Source of the DNA: an uncultured delta proteobacterium
Lineage (GTDB): Bacteria > Myxococcota_A > Polyangia > Polyangiales > Polyangiaceae
NCBI GenBank assembly: GCA_963841435.1
Contig: CAWJCS010000003.1
Span: 384,001 to 448,000, forward strand
DNA length: 64,000 bases
Direction: 5' to 3'
Each line of letters opens with the position of its first letter. Position 1 is the first letter of the stretch. This document shows positions 53,746 to 63,139 of the stretch, piece by piece. The notes under the pieces were generated by a model. The model was not told the origin of the DNA. It saw only the letters and a list, made by a program, of their open reading frames with translations, and ran no database searches. Both the position numbers and the translations under genes were made by a program.

Positions 53746-54995
53746 TTGGTCGCACCCTTGCCACCCGACACGGCGTCGCCCGTCCGGGCGCTGCCGCGCC
53801 TGTCGCTCATGTTCTCGATCGAGATCGCGAGCGTCGCGGCGTTCGCGCCGCTCCTGTCGCTGCACGCCCGCGAGGGTCTCGGGCTCACGCCGCTCGAAAC
53901 GAGCCTCGTTTTCGCCACGGGCCCGCTGACGGCCATGATCGGGCCGCCGCTCGCCGGCTGGCTCGCCGATCGAGTGTTGCGCGCCGAGCTCGCGCTCTCC
54001 GCAACGAGCCTCGCCCGCGCCGCTGCGCTCGTTCTCGCGGGTCACGCCGTGGGTTTCGGCGATCTGCTGCTCGCGATGGCCCTCCACGGATTTTCTGGGG
54101 CAACAGCGGCGTGCTCATCAACACCATCGCCTTCTCGCACCTGCCCGACGCCCGGCGCGTCGGGCGTGCCCGCGTCTGGGGCACGGTGAGCTGGGTGTTG
54201 ATGATCTGGCTCGTGATGGGCTTCGTGGGACGCTCCGGGGCGCGAGGCTCGGAGCTTCACGCCCTCCACGCCACGTTCTACGCGGCGGCCTTCATGGCCG
54301 CCTGTCAGGCCCTGTACGCGCTCACGCTGCCGAGGACGGCGCCGGCCCCGGCGTCGCGCCGATTGCGCGATTCGCTCGGAGCGCTCGACCTCTTCCGGTC
54401 GCCGCGCTTTTCGCTCGCGCTGCTCGTGGCGCTCCTCTACGGCGCGCTCATGCAGCTAAATCTCATGCTCCAGGGGCTGTTTTTCGCGGCGCCGGACGGT
54501 CTCGGGCTCTCGCCGTCGGCGGCCGGCCGCGCAACGACGGTTTCCCAGCTGCTCGAGCTCGCGCTGTTCCCGCTGCTCAACGTGCTCTTGGACCGCTTCG
54601 GCGTGCGGCGCGTCGTGCTCGTTGGCGTCGCGGCGTGGGTGCTGCGCTACGCCGCCTATTACGCGGGCGGGCCGACGTGGCTCGTCGTGCTCGCGCAGCT
54701 TCTGCACGGTCCAAACTTCGTGCTCGGCTTCGTGGGCCTTCAGATTGCGGTCGAGCTGATGGCACCGCCCGGCATGCGCGCCAGAGCGCAGGCGGCCTTC
54801 ATCACGAGCTCGTCGGGCATCGGCAGCCTCCTCGGTCAGCTCGGCTGCGGCTTGCTGCTCGCGGCGGGCGCGCGGCCGGGCGGCGGCTACGCCTGGCCGC
54901 TCGTCTTCGCGGGGCCGCTCGCGGTCTCCATCGTCGCGACGATCGTCACGCACTTCGGCGTGCGCGACACACCGCCCGAGGCGGGTCGCGCCTGA
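53746..54995 (+). CDS. MFS transporter (NupG-like); frameshift near 54092
   Basis: G.LADR, RVWGTVSW, SQLLEL motifs split over two frames at a T run. Confidence 0.78.
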
Positions 54996-55128
54996 GGCGA
55001 CCGGCCGCCACCGAAACACGTTGCGCGACCAGCGACACCGGACTCGCCGGCGCGGCCGCCGCGGCATGGCCGGCCGGCGGCCGGGCACCACGAACGCACG
55101 TTGACGCCTTTTTCCCCGGTGCACCCGC

Positions 55129-55144
55129 CGGCACGGCAATTGCT
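55129..55144 (+). promoter_or_regulatory. Putative sigma54 promoter upstream of recA
   Basis: CGGCACGGCAATTGCT, 50 nt upstream of ATG. Confidence 0.6.
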
Positions 55145-55194
55145 CCGAGCTCTCGTACGCGCCGATTGCGGCGCTCGCAATCCGGAGCACGAAC

Positions 55195-56223
55195 ATGGTT
55201 GACGAAAAGAAGAAGCGTGAGGAAAGTCTCAAGGAGGCAGTGGCCTCGATCCAGAAAACCTACGGGGAGGGCTCGATCATGCGCTGGGGCGAAGCCCCGG
55301 CCGAGCCGATAGACGTTATTGCCACCGGTTCGCTCGCGCTCGACGAGGCACTCGGCATCGGCGGCTACCCGCGCGGCCGCATCGTGGAAATTTTCGGCCC
55401 CGAATCGAGCGGCAAGACGACGCTGACGCTGCACGCCATCGCCGAAATGCAGGCGGCCGGGGGAATCGCCGCGTTCATCGACGCCGAGCACGCCTTCGAC
55501 CTCGCGTACGCGCGCAACATCGGCATCGACGCGAAGAAGCTGCTCGTGTCACAGCCCGATTGCGGCGAGCAGGGCCTCGAAATCGCCGAGATGCTCACGC
55601 GCTCGGGCGCCGTCGACCTCGTCGTCGTCGATTCCGTGGCGGCGCTCGTGCCCAAGGCCGAGATTGAAGGTGACATGGGCGACGCTCACATGGGCCTCCA
55701 GGCCCGACTCATGAGCCAGGCGTTGCGCAAGCTCACCGCCGTGGCCCACCGCGCCCACACCACGCTCGTCTTCATCAACCAACTTCGCCAGAAGATCGGT
55801 GTCGTCTTCGGCAGCCCCGAGACGACCCCGGGTGGCCAGGCGCTCAAGTTCTACTCGAGCGTGCGGCTCGACGTGCGTCGCATCGGCAAGGTGACGCTCG
55901 GAGAGAGCGTGGTCGGCAACCGCACACGGGTGAGAGTCGTGAAGAACAAATGCTCGCCGCCCTTCACCGAAGCGGAATTCGACATCCGCTGGGGCGTCGG
56001 TATCGACTCCATCGCGGACCTCGTCGAGACGGCCCTCGCCGCCGGCGTGCTCGAAAAGAGCGGCTCCCACCTCACGCTCGCCGGCAAGAGCATCGGTCAG
56101 GGCCGCGACAAGACGCGCGACACGCTGACGGCCAATCCCGATCTCTTCGCCGCGATAGAGCGCGCGACGCTCGAGGCGCTGCCATCGAAGGCGCGGCGAG
56201 CGGCCACGAAGCAGGCAGCTTAG
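55195..56223 (+). CDS. recA: Recombinase RecA (divergent, possibly second paralog)
   Basis: [45 protein letters not shown]. Confidence 0.96.
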   Translation: MVDEKKKREESLKEAVASIQKTYGEGSIMRWGEAPAEPIDVIATGSLALDEALGIGGYPRGRIVEIFGPESSGKTTLTLHAIAEMQAAGGIAAFIDAEHAFDLAYARNIGIDAKKLLVSQPDCGEQGLEIAEMLTRSGAVDLVVVDSVAALVPKAEIEGDMGDAHMGLQARLMSQALRKLTAVAHRAHTTLVFINQLRQKIGVVFGSPETTPGGQALKFYSSVRLDVRRIGKVTLGESVVGNRTRVRVVKNKCSPPFTEAEFDIRWGVGIDSIADLVETALAAGVLEKSGSHLTLAGKSIGQGRDKTRDTLTANPDLFAAIERATLEALPSKARRAATKQAA

Positions 56224-56270
56224 GGGGGCCCGGTTGACCCGCGCGTCTTCGGGCGATAATCTTGTAGATC

Positions 56271-56921
56271 ATGGTGAAAATGGGAGGATTGGGTCTCGCG
56301 GTGGCTTTCCTTGCGCTCGCTCGCCCGGCGCTTGCCGACGAGGCGGCCGAGCCGGCGGGCGACGACGCGGCGGTCGTCGTGGGGAAGGAGACGGGTAAGG
56401 CCGTCGTCACCGTGGAATCGAGCGGTACCGCCGTGACCGTGGCGCAGATCACCGACCGTATGGCGGCGACGGGTTACGGGGCGGGTGGGACCGTCACCGT
56501 CGTCGGCGTCGCCTACCGTGACCTCTGTGTGACGCCCTGCACCTTCGAAATCAAGCCGGGTCTGCACGAGATCGGCGTGCACGGCGACGGAGTCAGCGGC
56601 GCCACCGAGCAGTTCGACCTCCAGAGCGGGCCGAACAAGCTCCGTGCCGCGCCCGGCTCGGCTTGGCTCGCCTACGGCGGCTACGTGACCACAGTGATCG
56701 GCGGCACGGGTCTAGTCATCGGCGTGGTGTTCCTGTTCGTGAGCGACGACGTGATGGATTTCCCGGCGCTCCCGCTGACCCTGATCGGCGCGGGCACCAC
56801 GGGTCTGGGCATCGGCATGATGGTGGCGGGCTCGACGTCGCTCGACAAGGTGGGCTCGGCGAAGGCGCCAACCCTCACGGGGCGCTTGCCGAACAGCCTC
56901 GTCTTGCGTGGCACGTTCTAG
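56271..56921 (+). CDS. Hypothetical exported/membrane protein
   Basis: Signal peptide, LCVTPC motif, two C-terminal hydrophobic helices, ends LRGTF. Confidence 0.65.
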   Translation: MVKMGGLGLAVAFLALARPALADEAAEPAGDDAAVVVGKETGKAVVTVESSGTAVTVAQITDRMAATGYGAGGTVTVVGVAYRDLCVTPCTFEIKPGLHEIGVHGDGVSGATEQFDLQSGPNKLRAAPGSAWLAYGGYVTTVIGGTGLVIGVVFLFVSDDVMDFPALPLTLIGAGTTGLGIGMMVAGSTSLDKVGSAKAPTLTGRLPNSLVLRGTF

Positions 56922-57059
56922 CGCCCCGCCCGCCGCCGATTGGACCGAGCCTGAGACGAGCACGCCACGGGTGTCGCGACCGTGGCCGCAACTGTGCCGC
57001 CGCGGGCCACCGATTGGCGGGCGGAGGCCGAATGGACGCCCGAAGGCACACCCGGTAAG

Positions 57060-57075
57060 CGGCGCGGTTCTTGCT
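57060..57075 (+). promoter_or_regulatory. Possible sigma54 promoter
   Basis: CGGCGCGGTTCTTGCT just upstream of ATG 57091. Confidence 0.45.
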
Positions 57076-57090
57076 CGCTCCCACGAGACA

Positions 57091-57972
57091 ATGGGCCGAG
57101 CATTCGCGTTCGTCTTGGCGATGGGGGCAGTGGCCACCGCGTGCGGCGGCCAGAGCGTCGGAGAGCAGGGAGGCACCGGCGCGGTCGGCACCGGCGGCGG
57201 CAGCGGCGGGTCCAGGCCCGGGGTGGGCGGGACGAGCGGCTCAGGGACGGGCGGGACGAGCGGCTCAGGGACGGGCGGGACGAGCGGCTCAGGGACGGGC
57301 GGGAGCCCGACGCTCGGCACGTGCTCCGCGCCCGTCGAGGTCATGCCGGGCCCCTGCCATGGCGCCGTCGTTCACGATCCCGATAGCGGCGAGTGCCGAC
57401 ACACGGGCGACGGCAGCTGCGCCTCCGGGGAAAACCAGTTCGGGAGCTTCGTCGACTGCCTTTCGACCTGCAACGGCGCCCGCCCGTCCCTGCGCGGCTG
57501 CGATCAAGCGATTCAATGCGCCGTCGCGAGCGTCGGCTGCTGCGGCCTGTGTGGCGACGAGGACATCGGACGAACGATCGGCGTCAACCGGGCGCGCCTG
57601 GAAGACTACCGACCCTGCGGTGACGTTCTTTGCGAACAGTGCCCCGAGGTCCCCGAAGCTTCACGCACGACGCAGTACTTCGTCCCGGCGTGCGTCGATT
57701 CCGAGTGCACCGTCACCGACCTCAGGACGACGGACGCGACGGCGTGCACCGTGGACGAGCAGTGCTTTCTGCGTCTCGGCACCGCCTGCTGCGAAGCGTG
57801 CGGCGGGAACGGCTTCGCCGCGCTGAGCTCGACCGCGTTTCTAGCCCAGGAGTGCGGCTTCGATTACGGCTGCCCCGACTGCGTCACGCCCGAGCCGCCT
57901 GAAGGGATGACGACCCGTTGCGTCGACGGTCGCTGCCGTGTCGTGCCGCCTCCGATGAGCGGCGGGGGCTGA
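57091..57972 (+). CDS. Cys-rich lipoprotein with degenerate BPTI/Kunitz-like domain
   Basis: ATAC lipobox; C...GPC...SGEC...GSC.SGENQF.S..DC..TC; further Cys modules. Confidence 0.7.
   Translation: MGRAFAFVLAMGAVATACGGQSVGEQGGTGAVGTGGGSGGSRPGVGGTSGSGTGGTSGSGTGGTSGSGTGGSPTLGTCSAPVEVMPGPCHGAVVHDPDSGECRHTGDGSCASGENQFGSFVDCLSTCNGARPSLRGCDQAIQCAVASVGCCGLCGDEDIGRTIGVNRARLEDYRPCGDVLCEQCPEVPEASRTTQYFVPACVDSECTVTDLRTTDATACTVDEQCFLRLGTACCEACGGNGFAALSSTAFLAQECGFDYGCPDCVTPEPPEGMTTRCVDGRCRVVPPPMSGGG
57225..57304. repeat. 24-bp perfect tandem repeat x3 (GGTSGSGT)
   Basis: GGGCGGGACGAGCGGCTCAGGGAC at 57225, 57249, 57273. Confidence 0.9.
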
Positions 57973-58005
57973 CGAACGGGTGGAGGCCGGGCGCGGCCAC
58001 GACTC

Positions 58006-58683
58006 TCAGCGCAGCCCGATTTCCCAACGGAAAAGCGGCGCGACCTTCGTGAAGTGACGAGCAACGAAGCCGACGAAGGCCGGCGTACCGAGCTCCTTGG
58101 GGTGACGCCCCTCCCACGACGCATAGAGCCCACCGTGCTTTAGCAGCAGAACGCGGGGGTGAGCGGGGTCCACGCCGCTCGGCGGACGCTTGTAGGTTTC
58201 ACGGCCGACCTCGTAGCCCGCCGCGCGCAATGCTTTCACGACCTTCGCGAGCGCGGGGCCACGCTTGTCGTCGAGCACCGCCTTGCGGTAGGCGGCGAGC
58301 ACGGGCGGCGTGAAGCCGTGCATGCCGGCACCGAGCATCAGCTTGGTCGGCGTCAGGCGAAAGAAGAAGCCCGGGCGGTCCCAGCCTTTCTTTGGTCCGT
58401 GCCAGAACCAGAGATCGAGGTGGTCTTTGTAGGGAGCCTTGTCGCGGGCGAAGCGCGTGTCGCGGTGGATGCGCAGGATCGAGCCGTTCGGCTTCGAGAT
58501 CGCCTGCAAGGCCGGATCGATCTTTTCGAGGCGCGGCGCGAGCGCGTCGACGAAGTCACGCGCTGGAGCGAGGTACTGTGCCTCGTAGTCGTCGCGGTGC
58601 GCGTCGAACCACGCCTTTTCGTTGTGACGCGAAAGACCGCCGAGAAACTTCACCGTGCCGAGCGGAAACCCCGAAAATGCCAT
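58006..58683 (-). CDS. DUF2461 / TIGR02453 family protein
   Basis: FL..L..HNEKAWF..HR..Y, RIHRDTRFARDKAPYK. Confidence 0.9.
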   Translation of the reverse strand: MAFSGFPLGTVKFLGGLSRHNEKAWFDAHRDDYEAQYLAPARDFVDALAPRLEKIDPALQAISKPNGSILRIHRDTRFARDKAPYKDHLDLWFWHGPKKGWDRPGFFFRLTPTKLMLGAGMHGFTPPVLAAYRKAVLDDKRGPALAKVVKALRAAGYEVGRETYKRPPSGVDPAHPRVLLLKHGGLYASWEGRHPKELGTPAFVGFVARHFTKVAPLFRWEIGLR

Positions 58684-58742
58684 CACGCGAAGCTAACATT
58701 TCGCGGCGTTCGTTCCGGCACCCCGCGATCCCCGAAGCCGAC

Positions 58743-59102
58743 TCAGGGCGCGCCGCAGGCGAGCCACTCGCCGAGCTTTCGCCGCTCGTCGAGCGGCACC
58801 GAGCCATCTTGGGGCATGTAGGTGTTCGTGGCGTTCGGCCCCGCAGCGGCCGCCCGATCGATCGCACTTTGTTGGACCTGGACGGCCTCGAGCGTCGAGA
58901 GGATGGGGCGCTCCTTTCGGTCGTGGCATTCGGCGCAGTACGTGATGATGAACGCTCGCCCGAAGCTCTCGTACGTCAGGGTCGAGCCTGCGGGGCACGT
59001 GCTCCCGGTGGCCGGCCCGAGCCCTTGCTGGTCGTCTCCACCGGAGCAGCCCGTGCCCGCAAGGGCGGCAAGAACCGTCAGGAAACCTACGAAGGCCCCC
59101 AC
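58743..59102 (-). CDS. Small c-type cytochrome lipoprotein
   Basis: GTGC lipobox, YCAECH heme motif, MP distal ligand, ERRKLGEWLACGAP; start uncertain. Confidence 0.7.
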   Translation of the reverse strand: MGAFVGFLTVLAALAGTGCSGGDDQQGLGPATGSTCPAGSTLTYESFGRAFIITYCAECHDRKERPILSTLEAVQVQQSAIDRAAAAGPNATNTYMPQDGSVPLDERRKLGEWLACGAP

Positions 59103-59232
59103 GCCGCCGAACGACCCGAAACAGCCAAGCAAGGCGGAGAAACAATAGCGTAACCCGCCCGAAGGGCTACTCGCCCGGCGCACCGACGAGGTCGCGCGTC
59201 GTGTGGCGGCCGTGCTAAGGGTTCGGGGTCCC

Positions 59233-60594
59233 ATGCGCTCCAGCGAGGGGAGCACCACGGTCACCGAAGTGGGCACGTCGCGGCCCCGCAACGAGGTGCC
59301 CGGACTCAGGCTCGTCTGGGTGTTCCCGAGCCCGGGCGAGCCCATCGTGCGGCTCGCCGGACCGGCCGGCTCGGAAGTCGTGCTCGGGCGTGACGAGTCG
59401 TCGGGCGTGCGGCTTTCCGGCGAGGGGGTGTCCCGGCGCCACGCCGTGTTGCGCTTCGATGCCGAGGGCGTGGTGTCGCTCTCCGACCTGGGCAGCCGGA
59501 ACGGGACGCACATCGACGGGCGACCCATCGACTCGGCGTGGCTGCGGCCGGGCATGGTCGTGAGGCTTGGAGGCTGGGTCGGCGTCGTGACGGCCCATCC
59601 CGGCGAGCTCCGCGAGATCGCCGCCGGTCTGTTCGGCGGCGCGCGGCTCGAGGAGGCGCTCGCGCCGCTCCGGCGCGTGGCGCCGAGCGATCTGCCGATC
59701 GTCATCGAGGGCGAGACGGGAACGGGCAAGGAGCTCGTCGCGCACGCCGTGCACGCCTGGAGCGGACGGACGGGGCCGTTCGTGGCCGTGAACTGCGCAG
59801 CGCTGCCGGAGGCGCTCGCCGAGGGAGAGCTGTTCGGCTACCGGCGCGGGGCCTTCACGGGTGCCGAGCGCGCGAGCCCGGGGCTGCTCCGGAGCGCGGC
59901 CGGAGGCACGCTCCTGCTCGACGAGGTCTCCGACCTTTCCCCGGCCGTGCAGGCGAAGCTGTTGCGTGCCATCGAGCAGCGCGAGGTGCAGCCGCTCGGC
60001 GAGACCCGCCCGCTCGCCATCGACGTGCGGCTCGTGGTGGCCGGTCAGGAAAGCCTGCTCCGCGCCGTGCAAAAAGGGCATTTCCGCGCGGACCTGCTGG
60101 CGCGCCTCGAGGGGCTCACGCTGCTCCTGCCACCGCTCCGCGAGCGGCGCGAAGACGTGCTCCCGCTGTTTTCGAGGTTCCTTCGCGACGAAGGCGCGGG
60201 CCGTGCGCCAGCGCTCGATGCCGACTTCGTCGAGCGGCTCCTCGTCCACGACTGGCCGTTCAACGTGCGCGAGCTCGGACTTCTCGCGCGGCGGCTCGTC
60301 GTCCTGCACGGCTCGGACGCGACGCTCGGTGTGGAACAGCTGCCGGATCGGATGCTCGAGCCGAGCGAAGCTCCGACTCCGGCCGAGGCGGCCCGCCCGA
60401 CGCCGACCAAGCCGCTCACGCCGCCGGAGCCGGTCGAGCTACCGGCGCTCGTGACCGCGCTGCGCACCGCGGGAGGCAACGTCGCGCGCGCGGCGGCCAT
60501 GCTCGGCATCACGCGCCAACGCGCCTATCGCTTGATGGAGGGCCACGCCGTCAACCTCGACGCGCTGAGGGCGAAGGAAGGGCGCGACCCGTGA
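59233..60594 (+). CDS. FHA-domain sigma54 enhancer-binding protein
   Basis: GR..VSRRHA..DLGSRNGT FHA; GETGTGKE, GAFTGA, WPFNVREL, HTH. Confidence 0.92.
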   Translation: MRSSEGSTTVTEVGTSRPRNEVPGLRLVWVFPSPGEPIVRLAGPAGSEVVLGRDESSGVRLSGEGVSRRHAVLRFDAEGVVSLSDLGSRNGTHIDGRPIDSAWLRPGMVVRLGGWVGVVTAHPGELREIAAGLFGGARLEEALAPLRRVAPSDLPIVIEGETGTGKELVAHAVHAWSGRTGPFVAVNCAALPEALAEGELFGYRRGAFTGAERASPGLLRSAAGGTLLLDEVSDLSPAVQAKLLRAIEQREVQPLGETRPLAIDVRLVVAGQESLLRAVQKGHFRADLLARLEGLTLLLPPLRERREDVLPLFSRFLRDEGAGRAPALDADFVERLLVHDWPFNVRELGLLARRLVVLHGSDATLGVEQLPDRMLEPSEAPTPAEAARPTPTKPLTPPEPVELPALVTALRTAGGNVARAAAMLGITRQRAYRLMEGHAVNLDALRAKEGRDP

Positions 60595-62033
60595 CGTCGC
60601 AGCCGAGCCGGCGCGCGCTCGGTCGGACGGTCGGAGACAAGTACCGGTTGGTGCGGTTTCTGGCCGCGGGCGGCATGGGCGCGGTGTACGAGGCCGAGCA
60701 CGTCCTCGTCGGGCGGCACTTCGCCGTGAAGTTCCTGCATCCCGATCTGGCGAAGCAGCGCGACCTCTTGAGCCGCTTCCAGCGCGAGGCGCGCGTCGCC
60801 GGGACGCTCGAGAGCGAAAACGTCGCGGCCACGGTCAACTTCGGGATCGCGGACGACGGCGCGCCGTACATCGTGATGGAGTACCTCGCTGGTGAGAGCC
60901 TGGAACGCTTGCTCGAGCGCGAGGGTCGCGTGCCCGTCGCGCGAGCGGCGGACCTCGTGCAGCAGGCGTGCCGCGGCGTGCAGGCGGCGCACGCCGCAGG
61001 CATCGTGCATCGCGACCTCAAGCCGCAAAATCTGTTCGTGTGCCGCCGGGAGGACGGCACCGACTTGCTGAAGGTGCTCGATTTCGGCGTCGCCAAGCTC
61101 GAGGCCCGCGACGCGAGCGCCGCGACGACGCGCACGGGCTCCGTGCTCGGCACGCCGGCCTACATGTCCCCGGAACAGGCTCGCGGCGACAAGGTGATCG
61201 ACCATCGAGCGGACGTCTACTCCCTCGGAGCCATCTTCTACGAGCTCGTCGCGGGCGAGAAGCCGCACCCCGGCGATTCGCCCAACGCCGTGCTGCATCA
61301 CATTGCGACCCAGCCGGCCGCACCGCTCGACGAGGTCGCGCTCGCACTGCCCGCCGGGCTCGCGAAAACGGTGGCCGGCGCCATCGATCCCGATCCCGAG
61401 CAGCGCCCCGAGAGCGCCGCCGCGCTTTGCGAAGCGCTCGACCGCTGGAGCGAACGCCGGGTGTGGCCGGCGGCGACTGCCTCGCCCCAGGCGAGCTCGA
61501 GCGCCGACGCCTCCGAAACGCTCCTCGCCTCGGAGCACGCGATCCCGACCGCGCCGGGCGAGCGCGCCCCCTCCGTACGCCCGGAGGGGGCGCGGGGCGC
61601 GGCGGAACCGCGGGCGCCGCGGAGCCTTCACCTCGCGTTCGGCGCCGCCATCGCCCTCTTTGCAATCGTCCTCGTGTGGGTCGCGACCCGCTCGCGCGCG
61701 CCGGCCGAGCTGGTCCCCGAAACAGTGAGCCTCCCCGCGGCGGCGGCGACCGAAGGCAACGGCGAGCCCGCCGCGACCGCGTCCGCCGTCACTGCCCTCC
61801 CGCCGCCCGTCGCCGACTCCGCACTGGCCGGAGGCTCGGTCGGCGCCGCGGCACCGCCCGCGGGCTCGATCACAGCCTCTGGCCCGCGTCCGACGAGCAG
61901 CGAGGCCGCCGGCGTGGCCGCGCCTCCGGTCCCCGCCGGGCCCAAGGCGCCACCTCCTTCGGCAGGGTCGGCTCACCTGCCCCACGAGCGGGTGGCGCCG
62001 GTACGCTTCGACCCCCGGAACCCATACGAGTAA
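60591..62033 (+). CDS. Membrane Ser/Thr protein kinase
   Basis: GGMGAVY, AVK, HRDLKPQN, DFG, GTPAYMSPEQ, DVYSLG; TM; GTGA overlap. Confidence 0.93.
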   Translation: MTSQPSRRALGRTVGDKYRLVRFLAAGGMGAVYEAEHVLVGRHFAVKFLHPDLAKQRDLLSRFQREARVAGTLESENVAATVNFGIADDGAPYIVMEYLAGESLERLLEREGRVPVARAADLVQQACRGVQAAHAAGIVHRDLKPQNLFVCRREDGTDLLKVLDFGVAKLEARDASAATTRTGSVLGTPAYMSPEQARGDKVIDHRADVYSLGAIFYELVAGEKPHPGDSPNAVLHHIATQPAAPLDEVALALPAGLAKTVAGAIDPDPEQRPESAAALCEALDRWSERRVWPAATASPQASSSADASETLLASEHAIPTAPGERAPSVRPEGARGAAEPRAPRSLHLAFGAAIALFAIVLVWVATRSRAPAELVPETVSLPAAAATEGNGEPAATASAVTALPPPVADSALAGGSVGAAAPPAGSITASGPRPTSSEAAGVAAPPVPAGPKAPPPSAGSAHLPHERVAPVRFDPRNPYE

Positions 62034-62104
62034 GAACTCGTACGGTGCCGGTGTCACGGACGAGCCAAAACCTGTCGATCGCCCGTTGGGCGCTTTCATC
62101 CGCC

Positions 62105-63139
62105 ATGCATTGGCGTTCGCGCGTGAGGGTCTCGCTCGTCGTCACCGGCGTCTTTCTGTGTGCGCCGCACGCTCGGGCGGAAGGGGCGCCGGCGGGTGCC
62201 ACCGCCGCCGGCGTGCAGCGCCAGGCGGCGCGCCAGCACTACGAGCAGGGGCTCGCGCACGCCGCCCACGGCGACTACGCGCTCGCGCTCGACGAGTTCC
62301 GGCAGGCCTACGCCAAAAGCCCGAACTACGCCGTGCTCTACAACATCGGGCAAGCCGAGCTCGCGCTCGGTCGCCCACTCGCCGCCGTCTTCGCGCTCTC
62401 GAGCTACCTCAGGGACGGCGGCAGCGAGGTGCCCTCCGAGCGGGCGCAGCAGGTCAAAAAGCAGATCGCCGAGCTCAGCGCGCTCTTCGCCGAGATCAGC
62501 GTCGCGAGCGAGCTCGGGGGAGCTGTCGTCTCCGTGGATGAACGCGACGTGGGGCTCGCGCCGCTTGCCGAGCCGGTGCGCGTCCAGGCGGGGACCCACG
62601 TCGTCACGGCGAGCCGCGACGGCGCCGTGCTCGCCACGGAGGTGATCACCGTCGGCGAAGGCGAAAAAACCAGAGTCCATCTCGCCGCAGCACCTCCGCC
62701 CGCTGCGCCGCTCGTGCCGCCCGCGTCCACCGTTGCCGAAGCTCCGCCGTCGCTGCCCGCGCCCGTCCGGCGGCCCGTGTCCTCACCGCCGGCCGGGCGG
62801 CACGGGCCCAGCGTGCCGCTCGGCTACGTCGTGGCCGGGGCAGGCGTGGCGCTCGCCGGCGGCACGCTCGCTCACTACTTCTGGAATCGTGGGCGCCACG
62901 GGCAGTGGCTCGCAAACGAAGAGCTTCTCGGCTCCCCCGCGACGCCCGACCGACCGGACTTGCAACGAAAGAACAACAATCTCGCGGACTCGATCGACCG
63001 AGCAAGCGTCGTGACGGTCGTGCTCGCGGCATCCAGCGCGGCGTTGGTCCTGGCCGGCGTCGCCATCGAGGTCGGTGGCGCGTTCGGCGCGCCCACGGGA
63101 GCGCACACGGCAAGCGTGAGCTACAGGGGAACGTGGTGA
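62105..63139 (+). CDS. TPR + PEGA domain protein
   Basis: Signal peptide, A..HY..G...AL.EF..AY...LYNIG TPR, GA.V.VD...G..PL..PV.V.AG.H. Confidence 0.82.
   Translation: MHWRSRVRVSLVVTGVFLCAPHARAEGAPAGATAAGVQRQAARQHYEQGLAHAAHGDYALALDEFRQAYAKSPNYAVLYNIGQAELALGRPLAAVFALSSYLRDGGSEVPSERAQQVKKQIAELSALFAEISVASELGGAVVSVDERDVGLAPLAEPVRVQAGTHVVTASRDGAVLATEVITVGEGEKTRVHLAAAPPPAAPLVPPASTVAEAPPSLPAPVRRPVSSPPAGRHGPSVPLGYVVAGAGVALAGGTLAHYFWNRGRHGQWLANEELLGSPATPDRPDLQRKNNNLADSIDRASVVTVVLAASSAALVLAGVAIEVGGAFGAPTGAHTASVSYRGTW

Noticed and set aside
57225-57304. CRISPR array
   Set aside because: Repeats are contiguous with no spacers, in frame within a Gly linker; no cas genes
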